From Oopsacas minuta (Eukaryota > Animalia > Porifera): DNA of 13,421 nucleotides. Each line of letters opens with the position of its first letter. The first letter of the stretch is position 1. This document shows positions 1 to 8,535 of the stretch, piece after piece. The translations under genes were made by a program, and so were the position numbers. The notes under the pieces were generated by a model. That model had not been told where the DNA came from and made no database searches. It worked only from the letters and a program-made list of their open reading frames with translations. Location of the stretch: assembly GCA_024704765.1 (NCBI GenBank), contig JAKMXF010000126.1, positions 3,238 to 16,658 of the forward strand, read 5' to 3'.

Positions 1-128
1 TAGACTACACAATATATAGGAGCGGGAAAGAGTATACAATTTATGACAATATATTTGTGTTTTGAAATACTTTTGTCCACTTAGAGTATATACATCATTA
101 TTATTATTATATTTACTCGTATCTTTAG

Positions 129-233
129 AAGAGGCAAATTCGAGAGACATTATTGTATTGGTCACATATATTTTACCCCAAGTTTGGTGATTCGTTAGCA
201 ACCAAATACACTGAGAGTGTACTATACCCAGTC
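129..233 (+). CDS. Candidate upstream exon of the OTU-domain gene (KRQIRETLLYWSHIFYPKFGDSLATKYTESVLYPV)
   Basis: Preceded by pyrimidine-rich tctttAG (AG 127-128) and followed by GTAAGT (234-239). Of three frames only one is open across 129-233, and it joins in phase 0 to the OTU frame through a 112-bp GT-AG intron (234-345). Confidence 0.5.
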
Positions 234-345
234 GTAAGTTTCTATTAATGTTTATGAGTTTAAGACATATTTTCTCAACTCAAAATTATTTCATTGTTCT
301 TTTCTAAATCACATTGAATAGGTTTTATCTCTATCATATTTTTAG

Positions 346-1032
346 GCCATCGAATATCTCAATACTGTAGTTTGGGACAACATTGTCCCCAATAGCTCTT
401 CTATGCCACCTGCAATTCACGACAGTCCGCGAATATCTGTAATTAACGAAGCTTGGCAACGCCAAAAAAGTGAGATGTTAGAACTTAATTTTCATTCTGT
501 TAGTAAACAACCCTCACAGGTGAATCAAACTCTATCTGATTACAGACCGTGGGAAACTGCTAATATTGATAAAGACGGAAATTGTTTCTTTCGTTGTCTA
601 TCTCGCATAATTACTGGAAATCAAGACAGTCATAGCGAACTGAGAAAGCTAATAGCCCACTTCATCGCTAGCCAAGGAGCAAGCAAACTAGGATGGTATT
701 TGAAGCAGAGTGGGTATACACCATTTAGTTATTTTTAAAAGGAGAGTATGGTAAACATGGATGGAGTATGGGGAGGAGATGTAGAGATAATGGCAGCATC
801 CGCAATTCTCCAAGTAGACATATTTGTTGCCAACAACGAATATCGATGGGAAAGCCAAGAGAAAGTAAACCAAGTTATTTCTTGGAAATTAATGAGAGCC
901 AACGCACTGAATGAAGAAGTAATCTACGTAAAGAATTTTGATTTACATTTTGAGCCAGTAAGTTCACTGGTAAACAACCCTACAACAACCTATGGAGTCG
1001 TCGTTGACCAAATTACTCTTGTTTTCGATTAG
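346..1032 (+). pseudogene. OTU (ovarian tumour)-family cysteine protease/deubiquitinase domain, broken by one in-frame TAA at 736-738; probably the 3' exon of a Ginger-like transposon gene
   Basis: ORFs 403-738 and 748-1032 are in the same frame. Motifs: IDKDGNCFFRCLS (Asp/Cys), GVWGGDVEIMAASAILQVDIFV, and LHFEPV (His). The frame is open from a ttttAG acceptor at 344-345. Confidence 0.85.
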
Positions 1033-1080
1033 CCTTTCTATTTATGAGACTCGACTCCTACGTACAGTTGTGTAGGATTT

Positions 1081-1092
1081 GTGTGTGTGTGT
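1081..1092. repeat. (GT)6 microsatellite
   Basis: gtgtgtgtgtgt read directly, downstream of the OTU stop codon. Confidence 0.8.
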
Positions 1093-1209
1093 TTATTATA
1101 TATGAACTTGATTATCTATTAGTAAATTTATATTATTGATTCAAATAAGTTGGGGATGAAAATAACTGAAATAATGGAAAAAGAGGAGTTAGTAATATGA
1201 GTTATTATA

Positions 1210-1360
1210 ATATACATCTGGTAATAACTGAGATTATCATCAAGTCAAACTGAAACTAAATTAATCGCACAAATGTCTATGGATTCCAACTGCCTCAAAA
1301 TATTATAGACATTGAATATCCATGGTACTATAGTACAGTGCCTCAAAATATCATACAACA
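1210..1360 (+). mobile_element. Right terminal inverted repeat (151 bp, ends ...CATACAACA) of a Ginger-like DNA transposon that extends to the left
   Basis: Reverse complement of 10503-10671, with 5 mismatches plus an 18-bp duplication in that copy. TG...CA termini, each abutting GGAC. Confidence 0.75.
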
Positions 1361-1364
1361 GGAC
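1361..1364. repeat. 4-bp target-site duplication GGAC (partner at 10499-10502)
   Basis: CAACA|GGAC here and GGAC|TGTTG at 10499-10507. Collapsing the two copies restores a transposase reading frame. Confidence 0.8.
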
Positions 1365-2080
1365 TCTGCGCTTGCTCGCACCTGTTCTTCCGGAAATCTA
1401 TCTCATTCACGTGTTAAAGCAGCTAAGGATTCTCTAAACTTTTGTGAGATTTAGAGCATGCTTTGGACTCCAAAATGGACCATATAGAATAATTGAGAGG
1501 ATTCAAATCTGGCGAGCAAGGTGGCCATTCTTCCGAAGAAATATATCCAGGGCATTTCTCCTTGCACCATTTTTGGGTAGTCCTGACTTTGTGAGCTGGT
1601 GCTGAGTCCTGTTGAAAGGTCCATGGCCGACTTCCGAAATGTTTTCGGGCCCAGGGCTTTAAAACTGATTCGAGAATAGACTCGCAGTAAATAGACTGGT
1701 TGTTCTTAACACCTTGGGGGATAAATACTAGAGGCGCCCCTCCATCTGAGGTCACCCCGCCCAAACCATCACAGAGGCTGGTTTTTGTATCCGAGAGACA
1801 CGAAATGAAGATGAAGGTAAAGGCACTTTATTTCTAGTCAGTATTCTGTCATTTGCCTATTTATTTGCTTTCAACTAGATAGACCTTTTCATCAGAAAAC
1901 AAAATTTGATTCTGCAACCCACCAGTAAACCTCCCAAGCAGTGATTGACATCTATCTAGTCTTTTCTTTTATTTTTGACTGACAACAACTGTTTCTTCCG
2001 AAACTTACAAGAATTCATCGCTAGCTCGTTTCTCACCATTTAAGCTCATTGACTCACGCGGAACATTCATTTCTTTATTT
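1361..2080 (-). pseudogene. maT/DD37D-like ITm transposase, central body; frameshifted, with stops
   Basis: Manual translation: KEMNVPRESM..MVRNEL..RLDRC..ILFSDEK (D at 1891-1893)..NDRIL..PASVMVW/GVTSDG..FQQDSAPAH..WPPCSPDLNPLNYSIW (37 residues between D and the N that replaces the third D)..FPEEQVRASAES, cut at GGAC. Confidence 0.9.
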
Positions 2081-2348
2081 AATTGATTCAAAAACAGTTG
2101 TATGGTTCCGTATCAAAAGGCCTGTAGTGCGATATATGTAATTAATTCAAAAAAATTTGTATAGTTCAGCGTCAAAATGCCCATGTTACGAAATTTGTAA
2201 TTGATTAAAAACTTTCGTATGCATCAGGGTCAAATTCCTGTGGTGCTAAATTTGTAATTGATCAATTACTTTTGTATATTTCAAGGTCAAAATTCCTTTG
2301 GTGCGATATTTAGAATTGATTCAAAAAGATTTCTATAGTTCAGTATCA
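2081..2348. repeat. Degenerate minisatellite, 57-59-bp unit, ~4.6 copies
   Basis: Units start with AATT(G/A)AT at 2081, 2140, 2199, 2256 and 2314 and share tgtat, tcaaa and gtgc motifs. Confidence 0.85.
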
Positions 2349-2947
2349 TCTGAGATCAGGAATGAATTGAGACCATGGATCGCGTTCCTCTTAAGCAGTC
2401 CCTTGCTTCTCGATGTTCTTTTTGCCTTCACTAGGGTGGTGATGTGATGGAATCTCCTGCTCTTGAAAGAGCGCATATTCAAATCTTCTAACGATTCGTC
2501 CGATTGTTCTACGTCAAACTCTTAGCTCTTTGGCCATTCTGCTCATTGATTGGCGGGATTTCGGCGAATTCGTTGACGTAGTGCTTTTTTAAGCCTTTGA
2601 CTTGTTACAGACCGTGGAAGACCAGATCTTGGTTTATCAGTAATCCCGCCAGTCACTTCATATCGCTCAATAGTTCGAGTAATGAACTTACTTCTACTAT
2701 TAGGGAATTTCAGAAGATTGAAGATTTTTGACGCATTATTTCCTGCTTGAAAAAATTCAATGATTTTTTTATCTTTCTTGCTCCATGACCAATTATCGCT
2801 TCCAAAGGCTAAGAAAATATAAAATTTAAATGAAAGAGTGAAAAATATATATTATACCAAACATTGTGCTAAATGACAGATACAAATAATCAATGGAAAA
2901 ATTTTTGCTGGATTATAATTTTGTGGCAAAACATGTGCCCAACCCTA
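2345..2947 (-). mobile_element. Second maT-like ITm remnant: 5' end plus N-terminal HTH region (ATG at 2786), truncated at the first catalytic Asp
   Basis: MEQER/IIEFFQAG..TRTIERYEVTGGITDKPRSGLPRSVTSQRLKKALRQRIRRNP..MAKEL..DLNMRSFK..LLKRNAIHGLNSFLISDD. Candidate TIR TA|TAGGGTTGGGCACATG at ~2915-2947; no partner TIR seen. Confidence 0.8.
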
Positions 2948-3076
2948 TAAACTAATACAATGGTGAGTGATAAGTCTATAGACATAACTGAGGGTCTGTC
3001 ACATCTGGTGTCGAGGATGGTTCTCAAATAAGTTTGTAAACACTGCACGTACGTCATATAGAGAGTAACATACATC

Positions 3077-3430
3077 ACTGTATTTCCCTCTCTTTTCTCC
3101 ACTTCTAATCCAATATTCGTGATCTGGCAGTCTTTTTCTAGTAATTTATTCTCAAGAAGAGATTATTTGATTATTGAGAGGTTTTTCTGAATTAGTGATT
3201 GCTAATTTCCTCTCGAGATGAGAAATCTTGTTATCACATTCCTTATTTTTGTTCATTGAATCAATATTTTTTTCAACTAGATCAAAATTTTCAGATTCTA
3301 ATTTTTGAAACCGAGCTTCAATCCGTTCAAAGTAGCTCCGTATTCTTGACTTACCAATCCTGCAATGGAATTGGAGAAGTCTTTTAGTGAGGGTTGTAGA
3401 TGCTTGAATCTTAGAGTACAAAATCATCAA
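3077..3430 (-). pseudogene. Coiled-coil-like coding remnant of unknown origin
   Basis: ORF 3152-3430 (FERIEARFQKLESENFDLVEKN..KISHLERKL) appears to continue after a frameshift as LLENKLLEKDCQITNIGLEVEKREG. Heptad-like composition only; no family recognised. Confidence 0.3.
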
Positions 3431-3725
3431 ATCTTGACAGTAATACCATTGTATACACGAAACTATGGCATGAACCTCTTCTGGAGACGGATTATGTAAA
3501 CAAGTCGGGCATTATTAAATAGTTATATATTTCAGAAATGGATTGACGACAAGTGCATAAATTCATAAAAGCAAATTTTCTTTGAATGTGCCAAACTATT
3601 TGCTTAATAACCAATCATTTGGAGAAATGGATCCCATATTGAGGCTTCTAAAATCTTGCAACTGTATCTGCGTTCTAATGCTGAATGATTTAATGTTTCA
3701 AAGGAATTTTATACAAAAATACATA

Positions 3726-4219
3726 CAGGGTGTTTCACAATTGATGTCGTGTTATACAATATTACATAACTAATAGAATACTAGATACATTACTACAATT
3801 ATTTGCCAATATTTCAACCACTAAGTTCAATACGCTTATGGATTCGTTTTGGCATTCCATCCATCAATTGTCCAAAACCTCTGGTGAAATATTGGACCAT
3901 GCTGTTTTCAGTCGATTTTCCAACATTTTTATGTCTTTAAACTAACCTATTGAACCTAGATCATCTTTCAAAATCGACCATATTTTCTCAATGGGACTCA
4001 AGTATGGAGAGTTGGCTGGCCAGGTACCTTTCGCCCAAAAACTCTTTAGGGTGCTTCTCAACCAATTTTGTGTCATGTTTGCTTTGTAAGCTGGAGCGCC
4101 ATCTTGTTGAAATATCGCACGGGACATATTTTTTAACATTTTCCTCTCAACAACTGTGCCTCTTTCTCGCTTTCTATTCATTGTAGACATTAAAGTTTAC
4201 CCAATATCTCACTAACATN
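3726..4219 (-). mobile_element. Partial DD37E ITm element: 3' TIR plus C-terminal half of the transposase (3799-4219)
   Basis: TA|CAGGGTGTTTCACAATTGATG at 3724-3746. Translation VSEIL..RKMLKNMSRAIFQQDGAPAY..WPANSPYLSPIE (D-37-E)..AWSNISPE..GMPKRI..ELSG*NIGK*, homologous to the 8536-9878 element. Confidence 0.85.
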
Positions 4220-4346
4220 GAAGAATGCAATCTAAGTTGATAAATGGCCAAAATAGTTAAGAAAGCATATGTCTAACTAACTCTACATGTAAATGATAAT
4301 GTAAAGTATGATTGAAAGAAAATTGGTTCTTTAAGAATATATCGAA

Positions 4347-4373
4347 AATTCTCAATAATTATGTTACAGACTG
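4347..4373 (-). repeat. Solo 27-bp Tc1 TIR followed by TA, exact reverse complement of 12684-12710
   Basis: aattctcaataattatgttacagactg|TA versus TA|cagtctgtaacataattattgagaatt: 27/27 identical. Confidence 0.85.
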
Positions 4374-4610
4374 TATTTCAAAAATTCAACATATACAAGT
4401 AAGCTACTCTTCCTTGCGGACACGAAGCGTCCTCATTAGGCACGTTTCGGGCGCCTAGGTTACTCCTAATCAACCGATAATTTGTGTTATGTATTACCAA
4501 GTATCCTATGTATGCTTTGAAAGTCACTCTCTAAGTCGAATTTTCATGATTACCTCTGTAGCTGTTAAAAGTATATGAACTTTTTGAAATTTCTTTGCTT
4601 TATGTACATA

Positions 4611-5950
4611 CAGGGTGTCTCAAAATTATTGCCCTATTATAGTTCTAGCTATAAAATCGTAGAAAAGAGGAAGATATTAGCATCCATTTGGATATATATT
4701 TACCATCCAATTCGATGCAAGTTATAACTCTTTCCGGCATTCCATCTACTAACGCTTGCAAAAACCTTGGCTTTAGAGCTTCCCAAGCAGATTCGAGCTG
4801 CATTTCAGGTCCGAAATAGTTTTCGCCGGCTCCCTCTTGTTCAGTTCTTCCTGAAGATATCCCTATAGGTTTTCAATTGGATTTAAGTCAGGAGAGTTCC
4901 TGGCCATACAGATTTCTCCCAATAGTTTGGTAGGTTCTCCTTACACCAACCTTGGGTCATTTTGGACGTGTGAGCATGGGCACCGTCCTGCATAAAAACA
5001 ACCTTTGACATGTTTGGTACCATTTTCATCTCCAAAACTGATCCATTATTTTTAGTTCCGCGAAGGGTATCCAAACAAGACTTAGCCAGGATCTCATCTA
5101 ATAGTAGGCTGTATTCACTGTCTGTTTGGGAGGGATGAAGTGTAATTTCGATATAGCTCGAAAGCTCATCATCTCCCAAACCATGAATTTCGGGGGAAAT
5201 TTCACCGTTTCATGTGGCATGATATTCGAGGTATTCTTGGCCCATATCCTATCATTTTGGTGATTTGTTGGGTGAAATAGCTCGAAAGAAGATTCGTCAG
5301 AACAAAGGATGTTTCTCCAGTTAGCAACAGTCCAGTTTTGCTTTGCCAGAAAGATATCTAATCTGTTTTCTCTCTGTTTTACAGAGATTTTTGGCAGTTT
5401 GGGTTGCTTATATGGCCTATCCTAAATCTTTTGTTACAAAGCGATGAATGGTATCTTTTGAGATAGGAGCACACGTTCTGGTGATTTGTTTAGCAATACA
5501 TCACGTTAACTTGTGTCGTTTTCCAAGATATTTTGCGATAATGATTTTGGACCGCCTTTTTAGCTTTTTGGGCCCTCCACCCCACTTTCTATGTCGCAGA
5601 TCTTTTGAAGAATTATACCTTGTCAACCATCTCAGAACCGTTCGGATATCCTTTCCAAGTTTGTTTGCTATATAGTTTTGAGTAGAACCTGCGAGTAACA
5701 TACCGATAGCACGATTTCTAACCTGTAATATATTTCATTGACATCCATATTGGGCAATAAATCCAGTCAGGGCAAAGAGAACAAACTTTTTTTAAATACT
5801 TATAAAATAGCAGCTATAATATTTCGAGTTGGATAACAGTTATATTTCAATTCTTCAATCACCATAACTAATGTCTATGCTGTTTTAAGGTTCAGTTATA
5901 ACATATTTTGTGAAATAGTGCAACAGGGCAATAATTTTGAGACACCCCTG
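4611..5950 (-). mobile_element. Full-length (1340 bp) DD37E ITm transposon, inactivated
   Basis: TA|CAGGGTGTCTCAAAATTATTGCCCT ... AGGGCAATAATTTTGAGACACCCCTG|TA: 25-bp TIRs with one extra C at the right end, and a TA duplication. Confidence 0.95.
4684..5748 (-). pseudogene. DD37E transposase pseudogene with several frameshifts
   Basis: MDVNEI/LQVRNRAIGMLLAG..HTH..NILCSDESSFELFHP..FPPKFMVW..FMQDGAHAH..WPG/SPDLNPIEN..GMPERVITCIELDGKY. The catalytic D, D and E codons are all retained. Confidence 0.92.
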
Positions 5951-6509
5951 TAAATAACAACAAAAATTGATTATACAATGCTAAAAATCATATTCGGAAT
6001 CATTTGTCGGATCAAATTAGGTGCGAATTGTCGGTATTCCATGTTATCCTATATTTAGATACAATTTCTCGATGTCTCTCTGAATTGTATTATGACATCA
6101 GAAAATGTGTTTATACCATTATACCACAAATATTTTGAAACATAACAGTGTTGTATCTATACTAAGGTAAATAAGTCACTCTCATTTGAGTGACGCCCTG
6201 CAAAAATTTACTCAATCTATGCAATTTTATCCATTTAAGTATATTGTCATCTTTTAGTTATAAAATGTTAATTAATTATGATAATATCTTACCAATCACT
6301 CGCATTATGACCACTCAAAATCAAAATTCATTCAAATAATCTTACTCAGGAGGAGATGTCACTCATGGATCTCATTCATGATAATTCAAGTATACAAGTT
6401 AAAGATTTTATTTTCTACTATGTGCATATCTTCAAAAAAGCAATTGAAGTCGAATTGTCATAAATTTTATTAATCAAAAGCAAAGAATCAATCTAGTAGA
6501 ATTACCCAA

Positions 6510-6630
6510 AGCTAAGAATATTTTTAGAATTGCTTAATTCTAAGAATTATTCTTAGAATCCTTTAAGTATAGCCAAGTTAAGAATTCATAACGAAAACCA
6601 AGAATATTTCATTAATTCTTAGAATTTTAG
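6510..6630. repeat. AT-rich cluster of TAAGAA/TTCTTAGAA motifs, including a perfect 10-bp-stem hairpin (6537-6559)
   Basis: attctaagaa-tta-ttcttagaat, with further taagaa/ttagaa copies across the interval. Confidence 0.6.
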
Positions 6631-7706
6631 TTAATAAGACCCCAAATTGTCTGAAGATTTATGAACTCAGAAATTTTACCTTCCCCCAAAGTAGCTTGGG
6701 AGTTTGGGTATAGACCTACCCAAAAAAATAGATATACAAATCTTAAGCATCCAAGCCCCCCTAAAGTTTACTTAGCCCCTCCTAACTCTACTATCTGGCT
6801 ACGGTCCTGCTTCACCCGTGTGATCGATAAATTTTGCGGGACTCAAAGCACGAAAGATCAGGCTGTGAAGAAGAGCTACTAACGACCCGAAGCGGTAGTA
6901 TTATTGTATTTTCGGTTAAAACTTAAAACATATGCGTAATCACATATTATGTTAACAATAACTAAACATGGTATCTAATGAACCAGGGCAGGGGCAAGGG
7001 AATTTTCAAACAACAGCCTTCCCAGGAGTTGTTTAAGATAACTACTAATAAAGTTACGTTTTAAGGAGCGGCGTTTAGAACATGTGCCCCCAGTGGCACT
7101 AGACATCGTTACGCCACTGTATTCGAGGCTATCAAAAGATGGAATTTAGTCATAAATGAATAAATGTGATATGATTTTGAGGAATTATAAGAAAAAAATA
7201 GTTTAGGAGTAGGGATTTATTAACTTGTTCATGTACAAATAATCATTTATCCGTAGCAACAATTTGGGAAATTCCTCGAGAATTGAAAAATGTTTGTGAC
7301 GAAGGTAAAACCTGGTCGACGAACAATACAATGTGATGGATAATAGAGTAGTGATAACCCTGACAATTGGGATAATAGGATTCAGACAAGAGTAATATAA
7401 TAGAGGTTATAGAAATGTTCTATCATCATTGAAAAACAAGATCAGAATAGTTTTAGTTCAGTTTACATCATAAATTCACCCACAAAGATATAGAATAACT
7501 CTTACAGGAAATGCAAAAACAATATACTTAGAACCAATGATGTAGTTAGGGAGAAATAAGAAAGAAAGTGCACAAAATTGGAAAGTAAATTTAGAGTGTA
7601 AACTGGATGGTGAAAATTCTGGTAGTGTCTATAAGAAAGTAGAAGGTAGGGGAACACATTGAGACAACACCTCTTTGATGTTGGAAATAAGTATTTCACA
7701 TGGACG

Positions 7707-7872
7707 AATAAACAAACCCTCATAACGCCGATGTGAAATTAGAATAAACATTTCAATTATAAGAATGAACACAAACTCTCATGACACCGATGTGAAATTA
7801 GAGTAAACATTTCAATTGTAAGAATGAACACAAACTCTCACGACACTGATTTGAAATCAGAATAAACATTCA
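7707..7872. repeat. 59-bp tandem repeat, ~2.8 copies
   Basis: caaac(c/t)ctca..ga(t)gtgaaattaga.taaacatttcaatt.taagaatgaaca, recurring at 7713, 7772 and 7831. Confidence 0.9.
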
Positions 7873-8535
7873 AAGCATACAAAGGAACAAGCTCTAATGG
7901 AAGTTGGTTGAATATAGGTCATGATATTCAACTATTCGAGAAGTGGATCAGGTTTTATATCCTGAATTATACATATATTTGATGCTTATATAATGTGAAT
8001 GTCGTTCAATAAGTGGTCCAACTGCCATTCTTTGTGATTTCGACCATAGGTACATGTTAATGGAGACCAATTATTTAGATTTTATCAGTTACGCCCAACC
8101 CAAAGGAATATTTTGGAGACAATTGAAAGTGAGGAAATTCTTGATTTAGTTTATTGGTAAGTAAAATACAAAAGAATTGTACACAAGAATTGATACAAAA
8201 CATATATCACTTTCGAAGTGATTCGATTTCTACGGAGAGGAGGCGATTTCTCTCTACAAGAGAGGAGTTATTACTTAAGATCTCATCCATCCTCTTCTCT
8301 AATAAAAAGTTGGAGTGATTGACGTCAACAAGCCTCTGGGTGAGTATTAAAGTTTCATCAGTCATTTGTGTGATTTGAGCAAGCAATGCAGACGTTCCTC
8401 ACGTACTGCCTTCATTTCATTCATAATAAGGGCAACGGTAGAGTGAAAGGCCATAATTTCAGGAAAAAAAGAATAAAAAAAAATAATGAAATAAAAATGA
8501 AGAATTTGTTACAAGAATTATCCTATCACTATTTA

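Noticed and set aside
736-738. Alternative genetic code (TAA/TAG = Gln)
   Set aside because: Other in-frame stops fall where Tyr/aromatic residues (AK*YVDE) or Trp (TGA) are expected and are accompanied by frameshifts, consistent with decay under the standard code.
1334-1360. TA|CAGTGCCTCAAAAT as a Tc1-type terminus pairing with CACTG|TA at 10541-10547 to make a 9.2-kb element
   Set aside because: The repeat continues ~125 bp outside these points, and the TG...CA ends with the GGAC duplication explain the junctions exactly.
2081-2348. CRISPR-like array (also considered for 7707-7872)
   Set aside because: Whole units are degenerate tandem copies with no conserved repeat/unique spacer pattern, there are no cas genes, and the context is eukaryotic.
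4521-4531. AAGTCACTCTC shared with 6173-6183
   Set aside because: An 11-bp match with no extension, compatible with chance.
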